Shown here piece after piece: positions 74,951 through 88,409 of a DNA stretch of 124,000 bases. The position numbers and the translations under genes are program-made. The DNA comes from Wallemia ichthyophaga EXF-994 (lineage: Eukaryota; Fungi; Basidiomycota). The stretch covers positions 20,001-144,000 of the forward strand of contig NW_008806283.1 in assembly GCF_000400465.1 (NCBI RefSeq), given 5' to 3'. The stretch's first letter is position 1, and every line of letters begins with the position of its first letter. The notes beneath the pieces were generated by a model that saw nothing but the letters and a program-made list of their open reading frames with translations, ran no database searches and was not told where the DNA came from.

Positions 74951-76675
74951 TCATCGATAGGCCATAGATGATCTCCACGCACTCGCCGTTGTTATCCGGC
75001 GTGCTTGGTCGTATGTTATGGCTCCTTGACGGTATTGGACGCCGGCATCATCTGTTGCATCTGTTGCATCATCGTCAGCACCCCCACCTAGCTGCTCTTC
75101 TATCATTTCCTCCTCATCAGAATCATTCATCGTGTCGTCACCCCCTCTGACCCCGCCAAACGACGCCGAGGTGCTGCCGACGGGTGTAGCCATGATGCTC
75201 GTCTGTTGAGGAGATGCCTCGAATGCAGCGAATGAAGACAGAGGCTTGCGTGAGTGTGAAGCACTAGCACTACTACCACTTGCAGCACTTGCACCGCGTG
75301 GTGGAAGTGCAGGTGCACCTGTTGTGAAAGAATATGAAGGTGGAGACGCGTAACGCTGCGAGAGATACTTATCAGTGAAACGCGATCCCGGTACCTAATC
75401 AAGTGAATTAACCAGCATATCAACTACACAAACACTCTAACGCACCCTTTTCACGACCCCTTTCGCCTCCTGTAACCCCGCTACACCCCTCCATACCTGA
75501 AAGTTATGTTCAGCTTCCGGGCTATCTCTGTAGATGTTCTCTACGTGTATCCTTCCCGTATTTTCATTCCTTAACATGAGAGTTTCGTGGAGTGCGCGTG
75601 CGACATCGTCGACGCTCTCATGCATCCCGTGTACGCGCTCGGCGACCGCCCCACCCACTTCTCCGATAAGTCTCTCCATATCCATCTGTTCAAGGGCACT
75701 GCCGATGATGACCTGAGCGAGGAAGCTGGCGGAAACGAGAGGAATGAGCAGCCCGCCCGTGAGATCGGCGAGTGCGCGAAAGAAGTCGGTCGCATACTGG
75801 TACCCGCTCAGAGCAGGCTCGCAAGCGACTACGAAGAGCGTTATAGAGGAGCTCGCCATTGCGCGCGCTAGTTGAAGCGGGTCGTAGCCGCAGGGAGAGC
75901 CGTCGGGAAAGCCATCACCATACTCCCCTATACCGTGAGGTGGAGCATCCGCTACGAGCACTGCCATCTTGCTCGCATGCGCCCGCCATGGCATCGCATA
76001 TACCGCCTCGCGCATAGCTATCGTTACACCTTCTGGCCCGTCGCCGCCGCCGGATGCATAGAGCGACCTGTACACGGTGTAAGCGTAAGCCAGTGTACTT
76101 TTAATGATAAAGTGATGCACTGATGCTCATGTCGTCATCCAACTTGAGCCCCTATCACTCACTGCTACCTACTTGAGATTCTCGCGCATTTCGTCATAGT
76201 CGTGCGTAAAGCCAAAGTTCTTGAATTCATACGTGTAGTCCTGTGGTTTGCTGTCCTGGGAGGGGTGAGAATGCGTTAAGACACGCAGTGACACCAACTC
76301 GGTAGGAAATCAAACCCAATCTCAACGCGGACTCGCCGATCAGCTTCTGTGAGTGTATAATAGACTGGCATATATCGATAACGTTCTTTGTGGCGTTGTC
76401 GAGGTAGCTGCCCATACTACCGGTGGAATCCATGATGAAGAGTAGATCGCTGGGTATTTGAATGAGGAGAATACGATAATATATATTCATCCACGTACAT
76501 GCTTGTGCTGGTGTCGTTGACGTGTATATCCTCGTATCCAGCCTTCTGGGGCAAGTCAACGCCTGGAGAAGCGTGGTAGAGCGGGATAGCGGGCGGAGTG
76601 GGAGTATCAGTATCAATGTCCTTGTAATTGGTGAGTGGTTTATGCGTGGTGCGTGGTGCTCCCTATACACACCAT
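74951..76675 (-). CDS. vWA-domain protein (MIDAS), multi-exon
   Basis: DLLFIMDSTGSMG, LRLGLISYR, GGGDGPE, VLVADAPPHG motifs. Confidence 0.8.
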
Positions 76676-76730
76676 TTGATAGTGGTGGAATGGGGGCAAG
76701 CGGTTAATTACCCACCACCACCACACCACC

Positions 76731-77840
76731 ATGGATAACAAGCGTAGAAACGATGAATCCCAGGAACATCAATCGCAATCCAAGAAACCGAGAAGGAAGA
76801 ACGTATCCAGCGCGTGCTTGTATTGCAGGAGAAGCCACATGACTTGCGATCAAGGAAGGCCGTGTCAGCGATGCATAAAGCGTAACATACCCCACTTATG
76901 CCACGATCCACCTAGCAAGAAGGATGATAATGATTTGGATTCATTCGATGCACATACTCAGCCCATACAGCCCACTCAGTCCACTTTAGTACAGCCCCCA
77001 CCAACCAATACCAGCCTTGGCTTTGATTTGGAGTTCGGCGGTAGCTTGGATGACTTGCTCAACGCACTTGGAATGCCTGAAAATCTTCATCCCAACTCAA
77101 TGTCTAACAATATACCTTACGCAGCGGCATCCACTAGCACCACCAACACTAATGGTATATCCCGTGCTCAAACTCCAAGCTACATACAGAACCCGAAACA
77201 CCGCTTCTTCTTCACTGCTGCTAATCCACCGATCCATTCCACCAGGGAGGAGCGACTGAAAGCTGTCCTTACTGCTAAACACGAAGCTGGTCTACTTAAA
77301 CCATTTAATTACGTCAATGGCTACGCTAAGCTTGGTAACTACCTTAACCAATCTGTTTCACCGCGAAATCGAGTGAAAATTCAATCATATTTGTCACGTA
77401 TCAGATCACAATTCGCTAACATCGCTTCTAATCTCTCGGAATGGGATCTCACAACTACAGAAGAGAGTTTTGAGAGACTGCTACTCGATTACGATAGAGT
77501 CTTCTCCATGATCGCCCTACCTAGCTGCTGCTGGAGACGAACAGGTGAAATATACAAAGCTAATAGGGAATTCGCAGATATAGTGGGTTGTGACGTCGAT
77601 ACACTAAAGACTGGCGAAATCAGCGTACACGAGTTACTCGACGAGGACAGCTTGACAAATTACTGGAGCAAATACGCTCAGTTGGCATTCAATTTCGAGA
77701 GTAAAGGTGTTCTTACTGCCGGATCGCTTATCAATAAACACAACTCCGCCTCGATTCCTTGCAATTTTAGCTTCAATATTCGCAGAGATGCGTTTGGAAT
77801 ACCGCTCATGATCGTCGCAAACTTTATGCCACTGTCGTAA
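76731..77840 (+). CDS. Zn2Cys6/PAS gluconeogenic transcription factor (Rds2/AcuM family)
   Basis: ACLYCRRSHMTCDQGRPCQRCIKRNIPHLCHD; LLKPFNYVNGY; CCWRRTGEI PAS-like region. Confidence 0.88.
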   Translation: MDNKRRNDESQEHQSQSKKPRRKNVSSACLYCRRSHMTCDQGRPCQRCIKRNIPHLCHDPPSKKDDNDLDSFDAHTQPIQPTQSTLVQPPPTNTSLGFDLEFGGSLDDLLNALGMPENLHPNSMSNNIPYAAASTSTTNTNGISRAQTPSYIQNPKHRFFFTAANPPIHSTREERLKAVLTAKHEAGLLKPFNYVNGYAKLGNYLNQSVSPRNRVKIQSYLSRIRSQFANIASNLSEWDLTTTEESFERLLLDYDRVFSMIALPSCCWRRTGEIYKANREFADIVGCDVDTLKTGEISVHELLDEDSLTNYWSKYAQLAFNFESKGVLTAGSLINKHNSASIPCNFSFNIRRDAFGIPLMIVANFMPLS

Positions 77841-78034
77841 TTAGCATTATGGCATTATGTATTCAATTAAGAGGTAGCGAGTAGGTTACAAGATCCGTAT
77901 CGCTAGGCGTGTTGGCGTTATCAAGAAATTTCAAATGTAAATATAAATTGAGTAATCAGGAGTAATTTGAGTTGATGATCATTAAGTGAGCCAGACGACT
78001 AAGCAATCCCTGCTCAGTGTTTGAGGTGCCAAAA

Positions 78035-78679
78035 TTATGCGGAGATAGGACCACTTGAGGAGCGCGATCTCACTGAGATGACGATGATGACAATCATAGC
78101 GAGGAAAATGAGTACTTTGAGGATGTTAAGTGGATGAGACATAAAATTTTCAAGCGGACAACTCACCAGTGTCAATCCACGTGAGACCCAAAATGGCGTT
78201 GAGGTGGTGACAATAAGTGTAGTCTGCGAATTTGCAGCTGACACCGCCACCAAGCTCAGCAGTGATCGCAGCAGCACCTGCAAGCCAAATACAGAAGGTG
78301 AGAACGACCCAAATGAGGCTGAAGTGGTTAGATGGGGAGAGTGGATCGATGAGAGACTTACTGTGACGCAACGCTCAATAGAACACCGCCAGAACCCATT
78401 GGAACAGCGAGGAATCCAACGAGATAAGCGGAGGCAGTCACTATAGTCCATAGTGAACAGACTGTGGCGGGTGACGGTGAGAATTTTCACAGCGTATAAA
78501 AGACACCACGCACACAAGATGTATCTGACAGTGTTGGAAACGCCCTCGCTTAGGAAGCTGTCGTCGCTGTTGTAACGATCAACGAGGAAAGCGGAGATGG
78601 ACATGAGGACGATGGAGAAGAGAATGAGGACGCCAAAGTAAATTGGGTGACCCTTCTTGATTGCTGTTTCTGTGGCCAT
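78035..78679 (-). CDS. MARVEL-domain membrane protein (Nce102-like), spliced
   Basis: Four TM segments, WLAGAAAITAEL, HLNAILGLTWI. Confidence 0.65.
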   Translation of the reverse strand: MATETAIKKGHPIYFGVLILFSIVLMSISAFLVDRYNSDDSFLSEGVSNTVRYILCAWCLLYAVKILTVTRHSLFTMDYSDCLRLSRWIPRCSNGFWRCSIERCVTVSLSSIHSPHLTTSASFGSFSPSVFGLQVLLRSLLSLVAVSAANSQTTLIVTTSTPFWVSRGLTLVSCPLENFMSHPLNILKVLIFLAMIVIIVISVRSRSSSGPISA

Positions 78680-79024
78680 TTTAAGATAATTCGATTATTT
78701 CGATGGTGGTCGTTGTGGATCAACAATTTTTGGTGACGCCGGCTCCAATTTAATCTTTGGTCGGTGGGAAAGGCGATGGACTGACGTGATGTGTGTGTGA
78801 TATGATATCGCTCATTGCTTGTAGATTCTGTATGCTTTGTGTGCCTTGTGTACTCCCCCTATCGCCCTCGTCTGCGTGTCGTTCACCCCTATAGGCTCGC
78901 AAAACGGCGAAAGTTAATTAGAAAAGAGATGGCTGGTGATAGCGTGAATATTTTCAATTCCTTCATTCCTTCATTTGTTTCCTCTTCTCCGATGATTCCC
79001 TCTCCTCGTTTTCCCCCATCAGCC

Positions 79025-82000
79025 ATGGTCAAGCGCAAATCAGAGGCAGCAGACACGGCAAACACGCCAAACGCGGCAGACGCGGCATCTGTACTCAAAT
79101 CGGCCTCATCCAAGAAGCACAAAACTTTCGACGACGCTGGCAGTACCAACAACGGCGCTGAGATCGACTTTCCTAGAGGCGGCGGCACTGGTCTTACCAA
79201 CCTCGAAACAGCACAAGCCAAGCAAGAGGGTAGAAGGGATGCCGATAGGGATGTTTCCTCCAAAAAGAAGCCAGCAAAGGTGCGTCCATTCCCCTTCAAA
79301 TCGTGCAATTCTAACACACTCGACAGAAGCCAGCAGCGAAGAAGCCAAAGAGAGATACTCAGAATGATAATGCTATCACTGATAAGATTAGAGTCGAGCA
79401 TCTCAACTACAAGCGGGCTGTGCCTGGTCTCAAAGTACTCGCACAAATCATTCAAATTACTCCAATCGAGCTTATCGTATCTCTCCCAGAGCAGCTCCTT
79501 GCTCACATTCCCATTACAAACATTTCTACACACTTCACAAACCGTTTGGATAACGCGATGAACGATGACAGTGACGATGACAGCGACCAAGAAGAAGACG
79601 CATCCGATAAAGAGGACGACTCTCTCCCTGAGCTAGATGATCTTTTTCATGTCGGTAGCTGGGTGCGTGCCGTCGTTTTACACACCCACAAAGACACAAA
79701 CTCAGGCAGAGTCAAGAAGGAAGGCGAGGAACTCATTAAAGCTTCCCGCAAGCTAGAGCTCACCCTCGATCCACGTAGTGTTAACGAAGGCCTCACCGCT
79801 AAAGACTTTGTCAAGGATTTCACCACCGTCGGTGCTGTCAGAAGTGTTGAGGATCACGGTTATCTGATTGACCTCGGTGTGTCCGACGTTGATGGTTTCG
79901 TCAGCAGTAAAGAAATGAACAAGAGCGGCTTCGATAAAGCCATCGCTGCCCAAGTTGGCGCTTTACTCCCACTGACAGTCACCAGCAAAACAAACAAAGT
80001 CGCAAACCTCACTCCTAACTTACATACTTTCGCTAAATCTTACATGAACGAGGCTAATACGCTCGAGTCTGTCATTCCTGGTGTACTGCTCAACGCTATG
80101 GTCACCGCTGTTCTTCCCGCCGGTCTCAATGTCCGTTTCTACGGTTTCTTTGACGGTACAATCAGTAGAGATCATATCCCATTTGAAAAAAAACCTCTGT
80201 CGGAGCGTTTCCCTGTGGGTAAGAAGATCAAAGCGAGGGTGGTGTTCGATCATCCAACGAGTAACCCCAAGCGGTTCTCCCTATCGCTCCTCCCCCACAT
80301 TGTACACCTCACCAACAGTTTGACGGAAGAGAGCGAGGATGGACAAACAATCTCAGACGCTTTCGCCAGAGGTAGAGTAGTTGAAGGTGTCCAAGTCATC
80401 ATGGTCGAGAGTGAGAAAGGATTGTTTGTGACTATACCTGATAGTACACTCATTGGATTCATACATATCTCGCAAATTGCAGACGACCACACTCCCTCCC
80501 TCAGTAGCAGCAGTGGAGCTACGAAAGTGGGTAGTACGCACACAGCGCGTGTCGTCGGAATAAGCTATGTTGATAAAGTAGTTCAACTCAGTATCAAGCC
80601 GAGCGTGCTACACAAGACGTTCATGAAAGTTTCAGATGCACAAGTGGGAGCTGTTGTAGATGGCACAGTGCGCAAGATGGCCGACGACAGGATGTTCGTA
80701 TCGATTAGTGGCAGTGTGGATGCTATAGTGTGGCCAGTACATTACTCAGATGTGAAGCTCAAACATCCCGAGAAGAAATACAGACCGGATATGAAAGTCA
80801 AGACGCGTATCTTGTCAGCGGAAGCTGACAAGAATAGAATTACGGCTACATTGAAGAAAACACTCGTTAAGAGTGACCTCCCTATCGTCACTAGCTACGA
80901 TCGCTCTCAGAAGAACACTATCACTCACGCTACCGTCTCCTCAATTAAAGAAAAAGGAGCTATTCTGGAATTTTACAATAACGTCAGAGCTTTCTTGCCA
81001 GTGGGAGAGATTAGCGAGAGTTACACTAAACATGCTCAGGATGCACTGCATATCGGACAGGTCGTCAAGGTAGTCATTATCAAGGTAGAGACTGAAGAGG
81101 GGAGAATGATGGCCAGTATACGTAAAACGGTGCCTAAGGAGGAGCGAGATGCTTTGGTGAAGGAGAGAAAGTCTGAGAAAAAGGAGGTGAATGAGGAGAT
81201 GAAGGTGAAGGAGGACGAAGGAGAGCAAGTTGCAGGTGACGAGGATATCGATATTGATAACGCAATAAACGAAAATAGTCAATCTGAATCAGACGGCGAA
81301 GCTGTTGGGTTGCAAGTCGAGGAGGAAAGCTCCGATGAGGAAGACGACGATGTAACGATGGAAGACACCACCAACAAGAAGCCCAAAAAGACTACAAAAG
81401 ACGTCGATTCTCTGAGTACTGGTGGATTCAATTGGGATGGAGAGAACGACAAGAAAGACTTAGAACAAGAAGGCACTAACTCAGACGACTCTGACTCTGA
81501 CAGCGACGCCTACTCTGACGCTAATGACGACGGTAAGCGCAAAAAGAAGCGCAAATCGACGAAGCACTTTGAGGGAGATCTCACCGCGACAATGAACGAA
81601 AAGCCGCCAGAATCCTCCAACGACTTTGAGCGACTACTTCTCGGTTCGCCCAACTCATCCTACGTGTGGATTCAGTATATGTCATTCCAGCTCAACCTCA
81701 GTGAGATAGACAAAGCACGTGAGATTGCCCAGCGTGCACTCAAGACCATCGGGTTCAGAGAGAGTCAAGAGAAGTTCAATGTATGGATAGCGCTACTTAA
81801 CCTGGAAAACACATTTGGGGATGAAGATACATTTGATAAGACATTCAAGGAGGCTGTAAGCTACAATGATCCACTCACAATGCACATGAAGGTGGCGGAT
81901 ATACTCGAGGCGAGTGAAAAATATGACAATGCGAATGAAGTTTATGTGAAAGCGACCAAGAAATTCGGCGCTCATATCATACTCTGGGTGAATTACGCTG

Positions 82001-82478
82001 AGTTTAAATTCCGCGTGGAAGATGCGAATGGAGCGAGAAGTCTGTTGACGAGGTCGCTCAAATCGCTCGACAAGAGGGATCGTGGGTTTAGCTGACTTAA
82101 TTTATTAGCAACAAGACTAACAAACAACCTACAGACGTCGCGTGTATTTCTAAATTCGCTCAGTTGGAGTTCAAAGTGGGCGACGCCGAGCGCGGGAAGA
82201 CAATATTCGAGGGTATTATAGAAAGCCACCCTAAGCAACTCGACCAGTGGTTCGTGTATATAGACATGCTCGCGCGGACAGAGGATGTGGCTGGTCTGCG
82301 CAATGTGTTTGAGAAGCTCCTTGCGCTCAAGCTGTCTACTAAAAAGGCAAAGAGTGTTTTCAAGAAGTGGCTCACCATAGAGAAGGAGATTGGTGATGAA
82401 AATGGTGTGAGGGATGTCAAGCAGCGTGCCGTCGCGTGGAATGAGCAGCGTGAACAACATGGCCAGCACGATGAATAA
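79025..82478 (+). CDS. RRP5: rRNA biogenesis protein Rrp5 (S1 repeats plus HAT repeats)
   Basis: IDFPRGGG, multiple S1 repeats, DFERLLLGSPNSSYVWIQYMSF, GKTIFEGIIESHPK. Confidence 0.95.
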
Positions 82479-82548
82479 TTAGTAGATGGAGAGGGAGTGT
82501 ATTTATTTATTTAATCCATTTATAGATGCATATTACAAAGTGCTCAGA

Positions 82549-83916
82549 TTACATCTCCTCCGTCCATCCCTGGATAGCACTAATAGCGAGCTCTTGGGGA
82601 ACAGGTCTGAATCGACTCCAGCTGTCTTCTATGTTCAAACTCTCTCCCTGTGTGTCGACACCGAGCATATTCGAGTGCCACGCCTTAGGTCTACTACCAT
82701 CGACAAACAAGAAACCCAAACCCATTAAAAACGGCGACTGCTTATACCACAAAGCTGCGACTCTATCAAAGTAAGTGGCTAATTGACCATCTGGTTTGGT
82801 AGTAGAGCCGCTATTACCAGAAGGGGCATCTGGCATACCTTTTTCCGAGGCGTATGTAAGAGTGACAGAAACTAAATTTGGGAGGTGATCGATGAACGCG
82901 CAGCTGAAGCGAATCTCACCAACGAGACGTTCCTCGAGTGTAAGTTCAGGCGGAGCGAGGGCATTAGTGTTACCTATAGCTAGGCTGGAGAGTGTGTTTT
83001 TGAAAGGAGCGAGAGAGCTAACGATGTCAAGGAAGTCCATAGTGAAGAGTGTTTCATAGGCGAAGGATGTGAGGGGACGTCCCTCCAATACTTTTAGTGT
83101 AGACTGCACTTCCTCGAGACTCGAGTCACCGTCTTTATGTGGGATGTAGCGCAATCTCTTGAGACCCGGTGCGGTACCGTCGCTGCCAAGCTCCACTATA
83201 TCGTCGGAACGACCCTCGAAAAGTTCCAACAGAGGCAGTGAGCCATCTGGCAAGTCTTCCAGGGCTTCCGAAGACTCAAGTTGGTCGTTGGGGAGGCGCA
83301 ATTGACGTAGGTTGCGGGAATTCTCGAGACAGCTTCCTAGCACGGATTTGTTGGGGATGGAGCCTCTGATGGAGAGCGATTCGAGAGTGTGGATGGGTGG
83401 TAGGCGAAGATCACTCCACAAACCCTCGTTAGTAAGAATGGAGAGATCTTTGAGCTTCCTGAGAGTAGCTAAGGAATAGAGAAGTCGCTGGAATGACTCT
83501 TTCTCGGCGTGTGTCCACGTCGATGGACTGATAAGCTGGATAGCAACAGACTCGAGCTTTTGTAAACGTACTATCAATTCAGATAGCTCAGAATGGTCTG
83601 CTATGTCCATGCTGGAATCCAGCTCACGTTTCAAATCAGATTCTTGTTGGGTGGTTGGATTGCCTACGACTAAAGAAAGGTGGTGTACGGACTGGCAGTT
83701 GCGGGAAGAGAATAGGCCGGATTGAATGACTTTTGAGGTGTAGACGCCAGCTTCAAGGCTGAACAAACGCAGTTGGATGTTACTCAGGATAATGCTCTTG
83801 GATAGTTCAAGTAAGCGCTTGTTGGTTGTTCTAAGAGAGTAGACAGAGTCCAAGTCAAGGTAATCGTCTATTATATGGCTAATAATTTCATCGGGCAGGT
83901 CCAGGAATCCTCTCAT
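82549..83916 (-). CDS. F-box protein with LRR-like region
   Basis: MRGFLDLPDEIISHIIDDYL..LRTTNKRL F-box motif. Confidence 0.7.
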   Translation of the reverse strand: MRGFLDLPDEIISHIIDDYLDLDSVYSLRTTNKRLLELSKSIILSNIQLRLFSLEAGVYTSKVIQSGLFSSRNCQSVHHLSLVVGNPTTQQESDLKRELDSSMDIADHSELSELIVRLQKLESVAIQLISPSTWTHAEKESFQRLLYSLATLRKLKDLSILTNEGLWSDLRLPPIHTLESLSIRGSIPNKSVLGSCLENSRNLRQLRLPNDQLESSEALEDLPDGSLPLLELFEGRSDDIVELGSDGTAPGLKRLRYIPHKDGDSSLEEVQSTLKVLEGRPLTSFAYETLFTMDFLDIVSSLAPFKNTLSSLAIGNTNALAPPELTLEERLVGEIRFSCAFIDHLPNLVSVTLTYASEKGMPDAPSGNSGSTTKPDGQLATYFDRVAALWYKQSPFLMGLGFLFVDGSRPKAWHSNMLGVDTQGESLNIEDSWSRFRPVPQELAISAIQGWTEEM

Positions 83917-84025
83917 GGTTGTTATGTGCCTGGGGAGACCAGGAGAGACACCAAGCGAGAAGGCAGAAGTTTTTAATGTTTGATAGGAATAAAGATTAGA
84001 TATAAGATAAGGTAGAAACGTATTG

Positions 84026-84640
84026 TTACAAAGATGGTTGGCCACCTTGGATGAAGTTCTGAATAGTTGAGTTGTGGATTGGAGGATTGTGAGGTTGGAT
84101 ATGATTATTACTATTGCTATTACTGTGACTATGGCTATAACTGCGTCGGTGGCTTTGTCTGCCACTCCAATTTGAGCTTGAGCTGCTGCTAGTTGTGCTT
84201 GTTGTGCTACTGATGGATTTGATTTGAGTAGAATTGGACTGTGAGTATCTGTGACTGTGGTGATGGCTATTATTTCCAGGCTTAGAATCCACGCCGCTAC
84301 CCAACTTGAATCTCCCAAGCGATCGTTTAAAGAAGGCGCCGAGGCCACCGTGGCTTACTTGAAAATCATCCACAGGCTCACTATCATCAACAACCTTCTT
84401 CTTCTTGCCTCTCTTTCTCCTGTGCTTATCGTCGTGGTCATGATGCTCATGCTCATCATCGAGCTCAGTGATCCCGCCAATCAGACTATTCAACTCAGCC
84501 AGTTTTGCCTCCTTCTTGGCCTGCCGTTGTCTCTCTAGGTGCTGCTGATGAAGTGCTTTGCTGGCTTCTGTAGAGGACACCAAGTATCCATCGCAGGTGG
84601 ATTCTGTAGGCAGTGGCAGTTGCAGTTTATCTCTGTGCAT
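84026..84640 (-). CDS. Hypothetical low-complexity protein
   Basis: 204 aa ORF with coiled-coil and basic stretch; no family recognised. Confidence 0.5.
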   Translation of the reverse strand: MHRDKLQLPLPTESTCDGYLVSSTEASKALHQQHLERQRQAKKEAKLAELNSLIGGITELDDEHEHHDHDDKHRRKRGKKKKVVDDSEPVDDFQVSHGGLGAFFKRSLGRFKLGSGVDSKPGNNSHHHSHRYSQSNSTQIKSISSTTSTTSSSSSSNWSGRQSHRRSYSHSHSNSNSNNHIQPHNPPIHNSTIQNFIQGGQPSL

Positions 84641-85125
84641 TCGGGTATATGATAGTTGTTGGTCGTAGTGTTAGCTAAACAAGTTGAATAGTTTCCGGTT
84701 TCGTATTCGATTAGTTACATCGGCCAAGACATGCAGACTGGCAGATACTTGCCATGTGATTTGCTTGTGTATAACGCGTAAATCGTGCTTGTTCTACGCG
84801 TGTATCATCCTCACAGACGCACCTTCCCTTCCCAGATCACCTCCCATGCCTTTCCACTTTCGCGTCTGACAGCCAGGCACTGACTTAACTGACAGCTGCT
84901 TTGCATCACCTGACTGCATCTGCATATGCACCTGCACCCGCTCTAGCTGACACAAATACAATCCACTCTCATGCAGGGTATAAGTGGGGTGTAGATCCAC
85001 GCACCCCAAAAAAAAACTCAAAGTAAAAGTAATTCATTGCATGTGTCGATGATTAACATGTCGTTAAGAGTGTCGTAACTTGCGTTATTGCATATTTATT
85101 AGTGTTTATGGTTATTCAAACTGAG

Positions 85126-85825
85126 CTACTGCACAACAAGCACAGGTAGCTTGGTCTGCTCAATCACCGCACTGCTCACGCTCTCGCTAAACAGTTTCTT
85201 CCATTTCCCGAGAATCCTTCTGCCCACGATAACAAGATTGACGTGATGGTAATTGCACACTCTAGGAATAGTGCTCTTAGGATCACCATGTGCGACGTGG
85301 ATAGTCATCTCAATCCCCTTCTTCTGCTCTTGAAGTGTCGCTGTCACTTCTTCCCTCCTCAACTTGAGCTTGTCGAGGGCGACTTGGCGATCCCTAAAGA
85401 ATGCATTGATACGCGGATCAATTGCAGCTCCATCAGTCTTTGCCTCGTCAACACCGACGTAGATTGAATAATCCAAGTGTCTCTCTAGTGGTTTAAGAAT
85501 CGTCACCAGGAACAAATGATCTCCGCTCTGAGTGAGGTTCTCCAAATAATACTCAAGCGCTCCAATAGACTCTGCACTCTCGTCGTACGCTATCAGAACA
85601 CGACGAGTATCACTGCCAAGCTCATGCCCAGACACACCCTTTACCGTGTGGTGCTCTGTTAATGGCAGTGAAGGTTCTCTTGCGCGAATTGGATCTGTGT
85701 TTGTTTAGCAACTCAAACTCCCGCTAAACGTACACTCATCGATTACCTGGTGGAATTTCCTCTTGGCCCTCTTTTTCAGGGAACTTGGACGCTTTTACTG
85801 AGCTATTGCCGAATATGTTGACCAT
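85126..85825 (-). CDS. Universal stress protein (USP) domain protein
   Basis: RRVLIAYDESAES, GDPKSTI..NLVIVGRRILG..SVSSAVI; upstream exon from 85825. Confidence 0.88.
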
Positions 85826-86110
85826 TATGTGTTGCGTGTTCGTGACTGTTACAATTCACACTATATATCCCATATTAACCCACCTCCTTCTCACGCTGCA
85901 CATCTGACCAGCAAGACATTCATGACATAACCTCCAAGACATTAATAATGCTTTTCACTCTCACCAATAGAGTTTCAATAAATTATATTTGTATGTGTAT
86001 TGTATTGTGTATATTACAAATGACAACAAAGTCAATAAAGCAAACAAAGATGAAAATTTAGCTATAAATCAAGTTCCATGTGACATTTGAGTATCCAAAT
86101 CAACTCACAC

Positions 86111-88108
86111 CTACTTGGCAAAGACTTCCTTCCTTGACGGCGAGTTAGCTCTGGTGTTGGGTCGGTGAGAAGCCGGTGTATTATGAGAACTACCTCCCGC
86201 ATTAGCGTTAGGTTGAGGTGTAGAGTGATTGCTATAATCCATACTTTCATCATCCTCATCTTCCCTGTCATCTCTATCATAACTCGTATTGTTACTATTG
86301 CTATTGCGCGTGTTGTGTTGTCCCAACTTGCCCCCTGTCCCGTTTTGTCCAGACTTGCGCAGGTATCGCTGTCGTACTTGGTGGTACGAGCGAGTTCCCA
86401 CCATCTTGCTCACCGCATCCCATTTCTGTCCATGGATTGACACCGCTTTCGCGAGGAGCGCATCTTCCGCACCTGTCCACTTAGTGTATGGCGCACGCGA
86501 ATTGTTCGAAGGTCCCACTGGTCGCATTGAAGTGAACCCAGCTGGTGGGATGCTGAATGCTGCCGATGGGTGATGCGAGGGGTGTTGCTGCATTGGATGA
86601 GGGGCGACAATTGAAGGTGGAGGTTGAGGTGTATTTTGTGTGTGTTTTGTAAGTTGTGTGTGTTGTATTTGTGGTGTTTGTCCTTCCTGTACGCTTTGTA
86701 CTCCCGCTCCTTGCTGTGGATGCACTACTGCCTGTTGAGGCATTGGAGGTGTCGCACTCACCCCTAAACCACTCATTCCCACTCCCGGCTCAGTCTTTAC
86801 GCGTGGGCTGCTTGCATCCGTCTTAGGTGTGCCCCATGTGAGTCGCTTCTTCGTTGGGGATTCAACAGGCGAAGAGGGCGTCGGCGGGGAGCTGCCTCTC
86901 AGTCGCAGTGGTGGTCCCAACTCGTTGATATGCTCTCTATCCTTCTCGAGTGCGTTCAGCTTAGGTGGCAGCGCATACGAGCTCGTCGGTGTTTCATTAT
87001 TGCTCTGTTCCACTGCGTGATCGGCGAGAAAATCAAGCGCCGACCCCTTGTTGTCCTGCTGCTGCTCCTTCATCTGTGTTGTTGGTTTCGTTGGACTCGA
87101 ATTGTAGTGTAGATATGGATCCTCGTTCCTGTTCTCCCCACCAGTAACGTAATTCTTTCTGTCAGTGCTGTTAGATATGGTGTTGATTGCTGGTAGTCTT
87201 CTTCGCTTCGGCGAGGTTTGAGGGGATGGGGAGTATGGTCGAGGCTTGGTAGGCGATCTGCTCACACTGCGCCCGTGCTGGTTGTCAAAGACGGAAGTAG
87301 CTGCATTTATGAGATTCTCTATGCCATTGTGCTGCTGCTGTTTGGGCGTGGAGGATGACGCACTGTGCATGGCTTTGCGCCGCGATATCTGCTTGGGTTG
87401 GAGCGATGACTGTTCTTCAGGGTTATTGGATTTGCGAATAAGCGTGTTTAAACGTTTGGAAGCAAGGAGTAGATGCTCAGCGCGTGCGTCACCCATCCCA
87501 TACTGATCAGAGCGTGAACCATCACCGTCATGCCAAGCAGCGTCTTTCCAGGCCTCAATACCTGGATGAGCTTTGGTGATGAGCGTAGCGCGTATCTGAC
87601 GTAATTCATTTTCTAATCTATTCGCCCTACGTAAGGCTTCCTCGAGCTGTCTCTGGTGTTAAAAAAAAAAAAAGCGGAAATAAAAAAAAGCACCAACCTT
87701 ATTTTTAAGAACACGCTTATCGCCAACTAGCATTCTGTTCTCAGATTGAATATCTTGGTGAAGTACAGAGGTACCTTGAGGCTCAATCTCATCGTGAGCT
87801 TCCCAGCGAGTGAGGCGTGCATCCCATCGAGATCTCTCCAATTTCCAAGAAAGAGCTTCGGCTTGCCTCTTCAACGACTCCAGCTCAATTTTATCGATAT
87901 TGTTATTTGTGTGAATTGATTGTTTTGACAGTGTGTTTGAAGATTCAATAGCGTGATTTAATAATTTCAGTGAAGTGGCGTATAGGAATGGTGCATCCCC
88001 GTGTTTGTCATCTAATACCGCTCTTAACCCACTCAACTCACTCAAACTCAATAGATTTCCCCCTGGCTCCGATGGCTCAGAAATAGGTGATGGCGGGTTC
88101 TTGCTCAT
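86111..88108 (-). CDS. Myb/SANT-domain protein, spliced
   Basis: WTGAEDALLAKAVSIHGQKWDAVSKMVGTRSYHQVRQRY; N-terminal coiled-coil exon 87659-88108. Confidence 0.75.
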
Positions 88109-88409
88109 TGGTCGTTCTAGTCTAAGATATAATTTCCTGTAACTTCCTTATTTAGCAATTATTTTATATATTCGGCGTGTTTGGCGATTTGTTAATTTGA
88201 TTTTGTGATGGTGGATACTCAATCAACTTAACATTTTGATTTCTGAGATTTGATTTTTTATTTTTTATAAATATAAAGATGAGTAGAATTTGGAAATTCA
88301 GGTGTTATAGCTGCTAAGCTACATACTCGTACAACTCACACACTCAAATCTCTACTCCCTGTTATTCCCATCTATCACCCCAACCACCATCATTTAAATT
88401 ACTTTTAAA